A stretch of DNA of 49,862 nt from Snowella sp. (GCA_035285545.1 JAYKGY010000063.1:1-49862); one strand, 5' to 3'; numbered from the stretch's first letter, positions 38,840 through 49,737 are shown. Numbers and translations: made by a program. Notes: a model not told the origin generated them from the sequence alone.

Positions 38840-40561
38840 TTAAAAAAGTTGGTAATTAATAGAAAAATAAAGGCTCTGCTGAGAAAGGGTATTGCCTTGA
38901 ACTTTAAACTCGGTTAGGGGTAACCCCCAGTCTAAGCGGGCATTAAAGCGATCGCCCATTTGCCAGATCAACCCTAGCCCCACGCTCACTAAGGTATTGG
39001 GATTCGGAGTCGGCAACGGATTAGCATCATCATTCCAACCGGTACCGTAGTCCACAAAAGGTACGATTTGCAGCAGTCCATTGACCTCATTGACCCGTAA
39101 AAGGGGAAAACGCACCTCTGCTGAAGCAAAAATTCCATTATCGGTTAAAAAGAAATCTTGACGATAGCCCCGTACACTATTTAAACCGCCTAAGGTCAAC
39201 TGTTCGAGGGGAACCAGCGGATCCGTCGATAATTGCAACGCTGTCCGAAAAACGAAGAGGGTATCAGGAGCAAGCAAACGGACGTATTGGCCTTGACCTT
39301 GCCATTCAAAAAAGCGACCATCCGGCGGTTGAGCATTAAAGGTTGCATCCAATAGACCTAATCCCACACTAAATTGAGAACGCAAGGCTAGGACATCTTC
39401 GCTTCCCCGTTGTGTCCATTCCTGAAAGAAACGTAAAGCGGAAATTTTAGTCTGCCCTTGCTCATCTGCTCCCGGTGATAGGGGAAAATCAACCCCTAAT
39501 AAGCTGGTTTGACTGGCTGAATAGGAACCTGTTAAGCCCAAGGCCAATTCTTGCGTGGGGGTTTGAATAATCGGCTGGCGATAGGTTAAGTCTAAATACA
39601 ATGAGTCTCCCGTAATATCAAGTTGATTAAAGGGTTCTTCGATGACCCAGGTAGAGTTCCATTGTCCAGAAAATCTGAGGGTGCCATTCTGGGGATTGAC
39701 CGGAAGTGTATAGGTTCCATACAGGCTATTGCTGCCATCACTGTTGGCATATTCCAAACTGATTGCATCACCGATTCCGAATAAATTCCCTTCCCGAATG
39801 CCGATTCCTCGCTCAAAACTCCCAATACTCCGCACTTTCCCATTATTGGCAAATAATTCTAAGTCAAAGGTTTCCGCTTCTTCAACCCGGACAGACAGGA
39901 GACTTAATTCCGGCACTGTCCCCGCAGAAATTTCGGCTGAAATAGATTTGATTAAGGGATTGAGTTGTAGAAGTTGTAAGGCTTGTAAAAGTTCTTTCTG
40001 ATTAAAGGGTTTCTGGGTGGCTAAGGCTAAACGACTCTGCACGTAATCAGGGTTTAAGCGACCCTCAACGGTAACCACAATATCTTCTAATGCCCCTTCA
40101 ATAATTTGGATCGTGACCACGGCTCCTTGTTGGGAAAAGCTTTGATTCGCTGGAATAACCGCTCCAGAGTTGATATAGCCAGCATCCGTATAGAGTTTGG
40201 TAATGGCAGCTTCGGCTTGCAACAGTTCGGTAAAGGTAATGGGTCGATTCACGAAAGTCGCGATCGCCTGACTCAGTTGCTCATTCGTAAAAGCAGTATT
40301 ACCGACAAATTCAAAACGGTTAATCACAATAGTCCCTGGGATTGCAGGCTGTTCCATCGGCGGCAAAGTCTCAGGAACCGTTAACTCTAAGGATGGACTG
40401 GGAAGGGATTCAGGAGTCGGCAGTGGCTGTTGGGGGGGTCTGGGCGTTAATATGCGACCGGGAAGCAACGGGGCAACATTATTCGGGGTTTGGGCAAGAA
40501 CTTTAAGGGGATGAAAAACAGAATAAGTAATGAGAAATAATAATAAATAACGGGTCAGCAT
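38840..40561 (-). CDS. ShlB/FhaC/HecB family two-partner secretion outer-membrane transporter (TpsB)
   Basis: Signal peptide, Pro-rich linker, POTRA (YTDAGYINSGA), GG.NSVRGY motif and C-terminal F. Confidence 0.9.
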   Translation of the reverse strand: MLTRYLLLFLITYSVFHPLKVLAQTPNNVAPLLPGRILTPRPPQQPLPTPESLPSPSLELTVPETLPPMEQPAIPGTIVINRFEFVGNTAFTNEQLSQAIATFVNRPITFTELLQAEAAITKLYTDAGYINSGAVIPANQSFSQQGAVVTIQIIEGALEDIVVTVEGRLNPDYVQSRLALATQKPFNQKELLQALQLLQLNPLIKSISAEISAGTVPELSLLSVRVEEAETFDLELFANNGKVRSIGSFERGIGIREGNLFGIGDAISLEYANSDGSNSLYGTYTLPVNPQNGTLRFSGQWNSTWVIEEPFNQLDITGDSLYLDLTYRQPIIQTPTQELALGLTGSYSASQTSLLGVDFPLSPGADEQGQTKISALRFFQEWTQRGSEDVLALRSQFSVGLGLLDATFNAQPPDGRFFEWQGQGQYVRLLAPDTLFVFRTALQLSTDPLVPLEQLTLGGLNSVRGYRQDFFLTDNGIFASAEVRFPLLRVNEVNGLLQIVPFVDYGTGWNDDANPLPTPNPNTLVSVGLGLIWQMGDRFNARLDWGLPLTEFKVQGNTLSQQSLYFSINYQLF

Positions 40562-40866
40562 TCAAAAGATAATTTTTTAAAATAAATGAGCAACCAACGA
40601 TTAGATCTGATAATAAGAGATTGAGGAAATTAAAAAGTTTTTTACCCCCAAAATGGCATTGATTTAAAAAAAAACAAGATGGCTTTACAGCAGACTCAAG
40701 CGCAATTGGTTTTGCATATGATTGCTAACAACCTTGTGTATTCTAGAGTAATTTTAAGCAAAAATCATGAAATTTTCTTTTAAAATTAGGAGAACTTGAA
40801 TCTATAGTTATAGCATCTCTGAAATCAAACGTTAAGAAACGATTTATTGCTTGCCCCCCTAATCCT

Positions 40867-42219
40867 ATGACCTTAGAAGCTGAGTTTACCTGGAAACAAG
40901 CCAAAGAAACTGCCGAGAATCTAATTTTTTTTCACTTTAAGGAGCATCTCAAGGATGTAGAACTCTGTGTTCTCCAAGGATCTTGGAATGGGTTGACCTA
41001 CGAAGCCATGAGCGATCGCTATTATTTAGCCGAAAATTATTTAAGGGGCGATGTTGGGCCTGAACTTTGGCGAAAATTATCTGAAGCCTTGGGAGAAGCT
41101 GTAACCAAAAGAAATTTTAAAAATGCTCTAGCAAGAGCCGCCAAACTGAATCAACCGCCCATTTCACGCCCGATAGATTCCCCGAAGCCTCACCTCTTAT
41201 TTCCTGAAGGCTCAGTTCCTCTAGACTCTACTTTATATTTAGAACGAGAAGGGATTGATCGTCTCTGTTATGACAATATCACCCAGTTAGGGGTATTATT
41301 GCGGATCAAAGCTCCCCATAAAATGGGAAAAACATCCCTGCTCACTCGGATTTTGGCCCAGGGTAAAACCCATCACTATCAAACAGCCCATATCGACTTA
41401 AAGGATATCGAACGCAAGATTATTGACAGCTTAGATAAATTCCTACAATGGTTCTGCGTCATGGTGGGGCGACAGTTGGGATTAGACAATCACCTTAAAG
41501 ACTATTGGGATACCGAAATTCTGGGTAGCAATGATAACTGTACCGTCTATTTTGAAGAATACTTATTAGCCAAAATTGATTGCCCTTTAGTGTTGGGATT
41601 AGATGGCGTTGATCGCCTATTTCCCCATACCGAAATTGTGGAAGATTTTTTAGGAATGCTACGCAGTTGGCATGAAAGAGGCAAAACTACCCCCCTTTGG
41701 GGTCAATTGCGTTTAATTCTGGCTCATTCCACTGATGTTTATATTCCGCTCGATCTGAATCAATCTCCTTTTAATGCGGGTGTTCCCATCGAATTACAAG
41801 AATTTAATTCTTCCCAAGTGGCGACTTTAGCTCGTTGTTATGGATTGCAGTGGAAACAGGGAGAAGTGGAATCTTTAATGGCAATGGTCGGTGGTCATCC
41901 CTATTTAGTTTCTTTAGCCCTCTATCAAGTGGCATCCCAAAAAACAACTTTAACCCAACTGTTGCAGGAAGCTTCCAGTGAAGTAGGCATTTATACAGCC
42001 TATATTCGACAGCTTTTGCAGACATTGCAGCAGACTCCGTTTATTATCGACGGCTTCAAACGGGTGCTCTGGTCGGATGAACCTGTCACCTTAGATCCCA
42101 TCCAAACCTACCGATTACATAGCATGGGATTGGTGAAGCAACAAAGCAATCAAGTCATTTTGCGCTGCAACTTATATCGAGAATATTTTTCTCGTGTTTT
42201 TGCAACTGCGGCGGAGTGA
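40867..42219 (+). CDS. AAA-like (AAA_35) NTPase with N-terminal helical/HTH module
   Basis: N-terminal LQGSW...Y..M...Y...YL..DVGPELW.KLS.ALGE.V.K.NF, then PEGSVPLDS.LYLER, Walker A KAPHKMGKTS, SPFNAG and VGGHPYLV. Confidence 0.82.
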   Translation: MTLEAEFTWKQAKETAENLIFFHFKEHLKDVELCVLQGSWNGLTYEAMSDRYYLAENYLRGDVGPELWRKLSEALGEAVTKRNFKNALARAAKLNQPPISRPIDSPKPHLLFPEGSVPLDSTLYLEREGIDRLCYDNITQLGVLLRIKAPHKMGKTSLLTRILAQGKTHHYQTAHIDLKDIERKIIDSLDKFLQWFCVMVGRQLGLDNHLKDYWDTEILGSNDNCTVYFEEYLLAKIDCPLVLGLDGVDRLFPHTEIVEDFLGMLRSWHERGKTTPLWGQLRLILAHSTDVYIPLDLNQSPFNAGVPIELQEFNSSQVATLARCYGLQWKQGEVESLMAMVGGHPYLVSLALYQVASQKTTLTQLLQEASSEVGIYTAYIRQLLQTLQQTPFIIDGFKRVLWSDEPVTLDPIQTYRLHSMGLVKQQSNQVILRCNLYREYFSRVFATAAE

Positions 42220-42244
42220 GCATCTCTTGATGGATGACATTAAT

Positions 42245-42259
42245 TGAGAATAATTAGCA
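42245..42259 (+). promoter_or_regulatory. Fur-box-like 7-1-7 palindrome
   Basis: TGAGAAT-A-ATTAGCA matches TGATAAT-N-ATTATCA at 12/14 positions. It lies just upstream of a TATACT -10 element (42269-42274), in front of an Fe-S protein gene. Confidence 0.6.
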
Positions 42260-42455
42260 TTAATTTGCTATACTCTTTAACAAGAACCTAGAACCTTACT
42301 CAGCAATTCTTTTCATTTCACTCTAAAGGAGTATCAACTTCCTAGAAATGGTCGTAACTCATTTTCGTCACTATGACAGTTACGAAGGAACATAAAACGC
42401 CTTCCGGATTGTAGCAGGTTCGCAACTTTAGCAATCATTGATCGGGTGATAGGTT

Positions 42456-43079
42456 ATGTCTAAGGCACTAGAAGCACTGGCTCACTTCCAAATCGCAACC
42501 CAATTACTAGGAGTAATTCGCAATGATAGCGATAAGGTTAAATTTCTCCAAGTGAGGATTGATGGACAGGATTATGCGATCAAGCTTCCTAAAACTCTCC
42601 GTAAACAATTGGATTTTGAGTTAAGCGTGGGTTCCTGGGTGTATATCCAAGGTATCCAAGAGCTTGACCGCAAAAAAGGGGTCTTAAGACTCACGGCCTT
42701 CAGGATTCAGCCGCTGTTGCCGCCAGAAGAATTATGGGGGGAATCGATCATTCCTCAACATCAAATGACCCAACATAAGCAACAAAAAGCCAGTATTTTG
42801 ATTTGTCAAAAGTCGGACTGTTGGAAACGGGGGGGAAAAGCCGTTTGTCAGCAATTGGAAACTGCCCTACGCGATCGCGGCTTAGCCGATCAGGTCGAAA
42901 TTAAAACCACAGGTTGCATGAAACAGTGTAAGCAGGGGCCCAATATTGTTTTTATGCCTAATAAAGCCCGTTATCGCCAAGTTAGCCCCCAACAAGCGGT
43001 GTCCCTCCTAGACCGTCATTTCCCCAAGACAGAACAGACCGTCAAAACGACCCAGGGAGAATTTTGTTACAATTCGTAA
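42456..43079 (+). CDS. Thioredoxin-like (2Fe-2S) ferredoxin domain protein with N-terminal OB-like region (IdiC-like)
   Basis: ILICQKSDCWKRGG...TGCMKQCKQGPN Cys pattern. Confidence 0.82.
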   Translation: MSKALEALAHFQIATQLLGVIRNDSDKVKFLQVRIDGQDYAIKLPKTLRKQLDFELSVGSWVYIQGIQELDRKKGVLRLTAFRIQPLLPPEELWGESIIPQHQMTQHKQQKASILICQKSDCWKRGGKAVCQQLETALRDRGLADQVEIKTTGCMKQCKQGPNIVFMPNKARYRQVSPQQAVSLLDRHFPKTEQTVKTTQGEFCYNS

Positions 43080-43105
43080 CATAAACCCTTGTCGCCCTTT
43101 GTTTC

Positions 43106-44512
43106 ATGTCTAGTCTCCTAATGCCAGCGATCGCTCAAAACGTTTTCTCCGCAGGAGGGCTTGATCCATCCCGTTTTGATTGGAAAGAAGTTTGGTATCC
43201 CGTTTATTATGTGGACGATTTAGATAAAACAAAACTGACCTCCTTTACCCTTCTAGAGCAGGATATTGTCATTTGGTGGGATCAAACCCAGGCGACTTGG
43301 CGAGCCTTTGTTGATCAATGTCCCCATCGTCTGGCTCCCCTATCCCAGGGCAGAATTAACGAATCCGGTTTGTTGGAATGCCCTTATCACGGTTGGACAT
43401 TTTCCGGACAAGGAACGTGTGAAAGTATTCCGCAACAAGCGCAGGGCGGTCAAGCAGAAGTTTCCCGACGGGCCTGTGTGCAGAGTTTCCCGACTCAAGT
43501 TCGCCAAGGCTTATTATTTGTTTTTCCCGGAACGGCGGAGAATGCGGAGAAAACCCCGATTCCGATTGTTGATCCCCTGGAGGAATCCGCCAAAGATTGG
43601 GTTTGTTTAAATATTTTTCGAGATTTACCCTATGATGCGCTGACTTTGTTGGAAAATGTGCTGGATTCGAGTCATATTCCCTACACCCACCATCAGACGG
43701 TCGGCGATCGCGCCAATGTGAGTCCCGTGAATTTAGCGGTTGTTCATTCTGATCGGCAAGGCTTCCAAGGAGTTTGGGAAGAAGGGCCCCGTAAAGGAAC
43801 CTTGGGAAGACAAACCACGACCTTTATCGCGCCTGGGTTAATGTGGCATGATTTAACGTCCCAGCAATACGGTAGAACCCTGACAGTGGTTTACGCCACC
43901 CCAATTCGGAAGGGAGAATGCCGTCTATTTGCCCGTTTTCCCTTTAAATTTTCTTCCAAAATTCCCCGTTTAGCGATTCAATTAACACCTGCTTGGTTTT
44001 CCCACTTAGGGCAACATCGGGTATTAGAAGACGACCAAATCTTTCTACACTATCAAGAACGTTACCTAGAACAAAAGGGCGGCAGTGAAAAGTTTGCTCA
44101 AGCTTTTTATTTACCAACCAAGGCGGATTTATTTGTCGCAGAATTACGCCAATGGGTAAATCAATACCAAGCCGAATCTTTTCCTGGACAACGGTTTTCT
44201 CCTGCCCTACCCACAGAAATTTTATTAGACCGCTATTATTCCCACACTCAAAACTGTGTCAGTTGCCGAACCGCTTTAGCTAACATTCAACGTATTAAAA
44301 AGGGAACTGCGATTGTCGCCGCGATCGCTTTAAGTTTGACCCCTATTCTATTGTTTAGTCTGGGTCAAAATCTCGTGTTAGGGATAAGTTTAACGGGGCT
44401 TTTGTTGATAAGTGGAATACTTTGGTTAAGTTTGCAAAAATTGGAAAAACGATTTTATCAAGGTGAACCGATTCCCCCTCGGAATTTACCGAATAAAAAA
44501 GCCCAAAAATAA
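43106..44512 (+). CDS. Rieske non-heme iron oxygenase, pheophorbide a oxygenase (PaO/Lls1)-like
   Basis: Rieske motif CPHRLAPLS...CPYHGW, mononuclear Fe motif ENVLDSSHIPYTHH, C-terminal HTQNCVSC and two TM helices. Confidence 0.9.
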   Translation: MSSLLMPAIAQNVFSAGGLDPSRFDWKEVWYPVYYVDDLDKTKLTSFTLLEQDIVIWWDQTQATWRAFVDQCPHRLAPLSQGRINESGLLECPYHGWTFSGQGTCESIPQQAQGGQAEVSRRACVQSFPTQVRQGLLFVFPGTAENAEKTPIPIVDPLEESAKDWVCLNIFRDLPYDALTLLENVLDSSHIPYTHHQTVGDRANVSPVNLAVVHSDRQGFQGVWEEGPRKGTLGRQTTTFIAPGLMWHDLTSQQYGRTLTVVYATPIRKGECRLFARFPFKFSSKIPRLAIQLTPAWFSHLGQHRVLEDDQIFLHYQERYLEQKGGSEKFAQAFYLPTKADLFVAELRQWVNQYQAESFPGQRFSPALPTEILLDRYYSHTQNCVSCRTALANIQRIKKGTAIVAAIALSLTPILLFSLGQNLVLGISLTGLLLISGILWLSLQKLEKRFYQGEPIPPRNLPNKKAQK

Positions 44513-44540
44513 CATTGATTGGGGTTTGTGGGTTTAAAGT

Positions 44541-44566
44541 CAATCCGTTTTGCGTTGAGCTTCGTA
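44541..44566 (+). promoter_or_regulatory. Putative autoregulatory ECF sigma promoter (CAATCC-N16-CGTA)
   Basis: ATCC -35 and CGTA -10 with a 16-nt spacer, about 90 nt upstream of a SigK-type sigma gene. Confidence 0.55.
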
Positions 44567-44655
44567 AAACTGAATAATCGTCATTGATCGCGCTTTAAAA
44601 TTCATTAGGACATTATCTATGTTTATTCTGTTTTTAATCTGTACTGAAGTTTTGA

Positions 44656-45210
44656 ATGATGTTATCTAATCAGACAGACGCGGAAGTCTATTTTGCCCTC
44701 GTGGCAGGGGAAGTTCCGGCTTTAGGGATTCTCTATGAACGCTACGGTGAAGTGGTTTATCGTTTTGCCTTGCGAATATTGAACAATCCCCAAGAAGCAG
44801 AAGATTTGACTCAGGAAGTTTTCCTAACCCTCTGGCGAAATCAGTCCTATGATCCGAAACGTGGATCACTGTTGGCTTTTCTCAATACCTTAACCCGTTC
44901 AAAATCAATCGATCGCTATCGGCAACGACAGGCCCAATGGCGATCGCTAGAAAAATTAGGGAACAGCAATTTCCCCGAACCTCGGAATGACTTAATGGAT
45001 AAACTGGCTGTAAAAGAAACCTCTCTTCAAGTACGAGAAGCGATGGACGCATTACCCCCTCATCAAAGAACCGTCTTAGAAATGGCTTATTTTGACGGTT
45101 TGAGCCAATCGGAAATTGCAGAGGATTTAAAGATTCCCCTCGGCACGGTCAAAACCCATAAACGGAATGCCCTATTAAGACTCAGACAACTATTAAATAG
45201 TTTAGTGTAA
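44656..45210 (+). CDS. ECF RNA polymerase sigma factor (SigK-like)
   Basis: AEDLTQEVFLTLW, YDPKRGS and AYFDGLSQSEIAEDLKIPLGTVKT. Confidence 0.92.
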   Translation: MMLSNQTDAEVYFALVAGEVPALGILYERYGEVVYRFALRILNNPQEAEDLTQEVFLTLWRNQSYDPKRGSLLAFLNTLTRSKSIDRYRQRQAQWRSLEKLGNSNFPEPRNDLMDKLAVKETSLQVREAMDALPPHQRTVLEMAYFDGLSQSEIAEDLKIPLGTVKTHKRNALLRLRQLLNSLV

Positions 45211-45968
45211 TGATTATGATCCATTCTCAAGATTCCCAAGGGTGGCAAGAACTCCTTGCCGATTATGTATTAGGAGAAGTGACTCCCGAAGAAGCGGAAA
45301 CCGTTCGTCAATTATTGATTGCCCATCCCGAATTACAGGAAGAAATTAGCCACTTACAGGAAACATTAGCCCTCATTCCTTTAGCGTTACCGGAATCCTC
45401 GCCGCCTAAAAAACTGGGTGCTAAGATTTTACGCTTGGCCAAAGCTCAGCCCAATTCTGCTAATTCCATCGTGGATTCTTTAAGAAAAAAATCGAAAGCC
45501 AAGTTATTGACTGTCAGTTCGATTGCACTTGCCTTGATTTTGGGATTGAGTGTTTACAATTATCGTTTACATCAAGAATTAGCGATCGCCCAATCAGAAT
45601 TATCTCAATATCAAAGCGCGATCTCTACCTTACCCGAATCCAACAACCGATTACTGGCCCTAAAGGGAACTAATCAAGCTCCCACCGCAACAGGAGTCGT
45701 TTTAGTCATGCCCAAAATGGGAAAAGCGATGATGACTGTCCAGAATCTAAAACCCTTACCTTCAGGCAAAGTCTATCATTTATGGGCAGTAGCTAACGGC
45801 AAAAAATTTGATTGTGGACAATTCAATGTTAATCAGAAAGGGAAAATGATGAAACAGTTACCCCTCGATGAAATTATCACCCAATCCTCTCAGTTAGTCA
45901 TCACCATTGAACCGAATCAATCTATTACTCAGCCGACGGGAACAGAAGTCATGATAGGAAACATTTAA
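45210..45968 (+). CDS. Anti-sigma factor, RskA family
   Basis: Overlaps the sigma stop codon (TAATG). Has ELLADYVLG at the N-terminus, one TM helix, and C-terminal YHLWA...VITIEP...PTG. Confidence 0.88.
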   Translation: MIMIHSQDSQGWQELLADYVLGEVTPEEAETVRQLLIAHPELQEEISHLQETLALIPLALPESSPPKKLGAKILRLAKAQPNSANSIVDSLRKKSKAKLLTVSSIALALILGLSVYNYRLHQELAIAQSELSQYQSAISTLPESNNRLLALKGTNQAPTATGVVLVMPKMGKAMMTVQNLKPLPSGKVYHLWAVANGKKFDCGQFNVNQKGKMMKQLPLDEIITQSSQLVITIEPNQSITQPTGTEVMIGNI

Positions 45969-46025
45969 GAATCCATCAGTTGTTCTGGAAGATAGTCACC
46001 CAACCTCAAATTGGATCAATGATGA

Positions 46026-46745
46026 TCAAGACGCTTCCGATGGGGCTTCTGTTGAAGAACTACCAGAATTCGCTGTTTGAGCTTGCTTCTCACGCTTTTT
46101 GCGATCCGCTTCCATCGCTTCATCTAACACTTTTAGGAATTGGTCGGCTTTTTCCAAATTGCTGCGATATAAATCCAGATCTTTTTGGATTTTTTCATTA
46201 GATAAATTTAAAGCTTCAGCAACTTGAGATAAAACCTGATTGCGTTTTTCTTCTTCCTTCGTTAATTCGGGATCAACGGTACTTAATAGGGTATAAAGTC
46301 CAATCGCAAAAAGACGACTATATTTAAAATTAGAATTCTGCTTAATGTTCGCGAGGGTTTGGAAAAAGTAATTATCCCCGGCGGATTCTGGCGAAACGGC
46401 CGTTATTTTAGACATAAAATCAGACATCTCAATGCTCTGAGCCGCAGTCACAACGTCGGTTGCATTCTGTTTATATTGCTGAAAATCGGCTCCAACAGAC
46501 TGACAAATCGCATTAAAAATTGAGTCCTTATCCGTTTCTGGGCGATAGCCTTGCATAAATCGTTCAAAAGACGTAACTACCCCCAAGGCATAAATGGGAT
46601 CATAGAGAAAATCCACATGAACAGTAAGTAAGTGCATTTCAATCATTAATTCTTCCACAAACCGCCGATAAATCGAGTTAATAGGGCGATTATGGTGGAC
46701 ATGGAACTCACGCTTGGTTTCGGAAACGGTACGAATTTTAACCAC
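46026..46745 (-). CDS. psb29: Photosystem II biogenesis protein Psb29/Thf1
   Basis: RTVSETKR.F, RPINSIYRRFVEEL..EMHLL, YSRLFAIGLY and KDLDLYRSNLEK. Confidence 0.95.
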   Translation of the reverse strand: MVKIRTVSETKREFHVHHNRPINSIYRRFVEELMIEMHLLTVHVDFLYDPIYALGVVTSFERFMQGYRPETDKDSIFNAICQSVGADFQQYKQNATDVVTAAQSIEMSDFMSKITAVSPESAGDNYFFQTLANIKQNSNFKYSRLFAIGLYTLLSTVDPELTKEEEKRNQVLSQVAEALNLSNEKIQKDLDLYRSNLEKADQFLKVLDEAMEADRKKREKQAQTANSGSSSTEAPSEAS

Positions 46746-46895
46746 AATCCCAACTGAATGAATCGTAATGGATAAAGAATTGACAGAACACAGAATACTT
46801 GAGCAAGAAATTCTGGTCAGTGAAACTATTATACTTCCTTGGGTGGTCTTCTATGGGAGCAATTGAGCGGCGGGAGCATCTCCCCCGAAGGCCAC

Positions 46896-46923
46896 AAAAA
46901 AGGGCCGAAATGACTTCAGCCCC
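46896..46923 (-). terminator. Intrinsic terminator of dnaK
   Basis: On the minus strand, the hairpin GGGGCTGAAGTCATTTCGGCCC is followed by T6. Confidence 0.8.
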
Positions 46924-46991
46924 AGAGGTTAAATTAGAATAACCAATCATTAATAACTATTTTTTATTAATTATTAATTATTCATTAACCA

Positions 46992-48899
46992 TTAGCCTTC
47001 CGAGAATTCGGCATCAATGACTTCATCGCCACCGCCTGTTGCGCCACCTGTTGGGCCGGCACCACCATCACTAGGGCCACCATCGGCTCCACCACCTGCT
47101 TGTTGATACATTTGAGTACCAATGGTGTAGAGAGCTTGTTGCAGTTCGGGTAAGAGAGTTTGAATTTTCTCGTCGTTGTCGGCCGCGATCGCTTCTTTGA
47201 GATCTTTGATTAAGGTTTCAGCCTTGCTCTTATCGGCACCAGAGACCTTATCGCCCAACTCACTGAGTTGTTTTTCTGCTTGGTAAACGAGAGAATCCGC
47301 TTGGTTCTTACGGTCGATTTTTTCACGACGCTCTTTGTCGGCTGCTGCATTAGCTTCGGCTTCTTTAACCATGCGGTCTACTTCGGTATCCGGTAAGGTG
47401 GATGCGCCCGTAATACTGATGGATTGTTCTTTCCCTGTGCCTCGGTCTTTCGCCGTCACATTCAAGATACCGTTCGCGTCGATATCAAAGGTAACTTCGA
47501 TTTGAGGAACACCACGGGGGGCCGCCGGAATGCCATCTAAGCGGAACGTTCCTAAGCTCTTGTTATCGCGAGACATTTCCCGTTCCCCTTGGAGAACATG
47601 GATCTCTACATTGGTTTGACCATCAACGGCGGTTGAGAAGGTTTCGGATTTCTTGGTGGGAATCGTGGTATTACGAGGAATAATCTTCGTCATTACCCCG
47701 CCGAGAGTTTCCACCCCCAAGGATAAAGGTGATACATCTAACAGAAGAATATCTTTAACTTCACCGGCGAGAACACCGCCTTGAATAGCAGCACCCACTG
47801 CGACCACTTCATCAGGGTTGACACTTTGGTTAGGATCTTTCCCTAAAACCTTTTTAACCAATTCTTGAACAGCGGGAATACGGGTAGAACCACCGACTAA
47901 GACCACTTCATCTAAAGCACTCTTGTCGATTTTGGCATCCCGAACGGCATTTTCAACAGGAATGCGACAACGATCAATCAGATCCGCACAAATTTCTTCA
48001 AACTTGGCACGGGTTAATACGGTGTCAAGATGTTTCGGCCCGTCTTGAGTGGCGGTGATGAAAGGTAAGTTAATTTCAGTTTGGCTTACACCAGAAAGTT
48101 CGATTTTGGCTTTTTCTGCGGCTTCGGTCAAGCGTTGCAAGGCTTGTTTATCTTGGCGCAGATCAATGCCTTCAACTTTTCTGAATTCTTCCGCTAAGTA
48201 ATCAACGATTTTTTTATCGAAATCGTCGCCCCCTAAGTGGGTATCCCCAGAGGTTGCTAGGACTTCAAATACGCCATCACCGACTTCCAGAACCGATACG
48301 TCGAAGGTTCCTCCCCCTAAGTCAAAAACGAGGATGGTTTCGTTGCTTTTTCTATCTAAACCGTAGGCCAAGGAAGCGGCAGTCGGTTCGTTGATAATCC
48401 GTAAAACTTCAATCCCCGCAATTTTTCCTGCGTCTTTGGTGGCTTGACGTTGGGAGTCGTTAAAGTAAGCGGGAACGGTAATGACGGCTTGGGTAACGGT
48501 TTCCCCTAAGTATTTGCTGGCATCGTCTACCAGTTTACGGAGTACCTGGGCAGAAATTTCTTCGGGAGCAAATTGCTTTGATTGAGCAGGGCAATCTAAT
48601 TTAACGTTGCCAGTGCCATCTCGTAAAACTTTATAAGAAACTTCAGTTGCTTCGTTGGTAATTTCATCGAATTTCCGTCCAATGAAGCGTTTAACGGAGT
48701 AAAAGGTGTTGCCAGGGTTCATTACCGCCTGACGTTTTGCGATTTGTCCAACTAGGCGATCGCCGTTTTTGGCATAGGCTACGACAGAGGGGGTTGTCCG
48801 AAATCCTTCTGCATTTGCAATAACAGTGGGTTTGCCCCCTTCCATTACGGCTACACAAGAGTTAGTAGTTCCTAAATCAATTCCAACAACTTTTCCCAT
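46992..48899 (-). CDS. dnaK: Molecular chaperone DnaK (DnaK2-type)
   Basis: [37 protein letters not shown], and a Gly-rich tail ending VIDAEFSE. Confidence 0.98.
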   Translation of the reverse strand: MGKVVGIDLGTTNSCVAVMEGGKPTVIANAEGFRTTPSVVAYAKNGDRLVGQIAKRQAVMNPGNTFYSVKRFIGRKFDEITNEATEVSYKVLRDGTGNVKLDCPAQSKQFAPEEISAQVLRKLVDDASKYLGETVTQAVITVPAYFNDSQRQATKDAGKIAGIEVLRIINEPTAASLAYGLDRKSNETILVFDLGGGTFDVSVLEVGDGVFEVLATSGDTHLGGDDFDKKIVDYLAEEFRKVEGIDLRQDKQALQRLTEAAEKAKIELSGVSQTEINLPFITATQDGPKHLDTVLTRAKFEEICADLIDRCRIPVENAVRDAKIDKSALDEVVLVGGSTRIPAVQELVKKVLGKDPNQSVNPDEVVAVGAAIQGGVLAGEVKDILLLDVSPLSLGVETLGGVMTKIIPRNTTIPTKKSETFSTAVDGQTNVEIHVLQGEREMSRDNKSLGTFRLDGIPAAPRGVPQIEVTFDIDANGILNVTAKDRGTGKEQSISITGASTLPDTEVDRMVKEAEANAAADKERREKIDRKNQADSLVYQAEKQLSELGDKVSGADKSKAETLIKDLKEAIAADNDEKIQTLLPELQQALYTIGTQMYQQAGGGADGGPSDGGAGPTGGATGGGDEVIDAEFSEG

Positions 48900-49039
48900 A
48901 AGGATTCATTACTCCAACAAATTTTTATCTATAAGGGCTACTAGAATCTGAACGGTATAAATAATCAATAACGCGATTCGGGTATGGGCTGCTTTAAGAG
49001 CCTATTTATAGTTTGACGGGAAGGCGGGTTTTTCTGGGA

Positions 49040-49055
49040 GTGTAGTTTCCCGAAC
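49040..49055 (-). promoter_or_regulatory. K-box heat/light-responsive element upstream of dnaK2
   Basis: Minus strand GTTCGG-GAAA-CTACAC differs from the cyanobacterial K-box consensus GTTCGG-NNAN-CCNNAC at one position. Confidence 0.7.
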
Positions 49056-49267
49056 CTTAATGGGGGGTAATTATTGACAACGTGCCCTCTCGCTTCCAGG
49101 GATCATGACTAACCCCATTTCGCTGATTCCTCTAATTTAAAAAATCCCCCTAATTTCTAGGAGGATTGGGACAGAATCGAATGGGAATAAAAATGGCTGA
49201 ATAATTAAAGCATGAGTTGCTTTAGCTGGTTAATTAACTCATCCTCTTGCGTAGCGTTTAACGTCAA

Positions 49268-49627
49268 TTAGGCAACTAAATATTCATTAAAACCCGTCTG
49301 CTCACTCTCTAGCGTTGGCAAGATTTCAAAACTTTTATCTAACTGAGTCACTTCAAAAATAATTTTTATCGTAGGCGACAAAGCACATAAGCTAAAACGT
49401 TTATGAAGACTTTTCGCTAATTTTAGTGTTGACACTAACGCCATTAACCCCGCACTATCTAAAAATTCCGTCTCACTCATGTCTAGCAAAAGAGACTCGG
49501 TACTTGTTTTGTGCAAAATTTGAGCTAATTGGCTCTGGAAATCAGGAGCATTAATCGCAATTAAGGAGCTAGGAGACTGAATAATGGTTAAAGCTGAATT
49601 TTTCATCGGGCCACTCTTCCCACTCAC
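49268..49627 (-). CDS. STAS domain protein (anti-sigma factor antagonist)
   Basis: LLLDMSETEFLDSAGLMALV and IFEVTQLDKSFEI. Confidence 0.9.
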   Translation of the reverse strand: MSGKSGPMKNSALTIIQSPSSLIAINAPDFQSQLAQILHKTSTESLLLDMSETEFLDSAGLMALVSTLKLAKSLHKRFSLCALSPTIKIIFEVTQLDKSFEILPTLESEQTGFNEYLVA

Positions 49628-49737
49628 TTAAGGGTTTGATACAGCAATTTTTTGATTAAGTCGCGAATGATGCAACTTTACAACCTCAAATTAAGAAGCT
49701 GTATTTTGAGAATAGGTTCCTACTGTATCGATTTTCT

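Noticed and set aside
48900..49260. CIRCE element upstream of dnaK
   Set aside because: TTAGCACTC-N9-GAGTGCTAA was not found; only a K-box-like motif is present.
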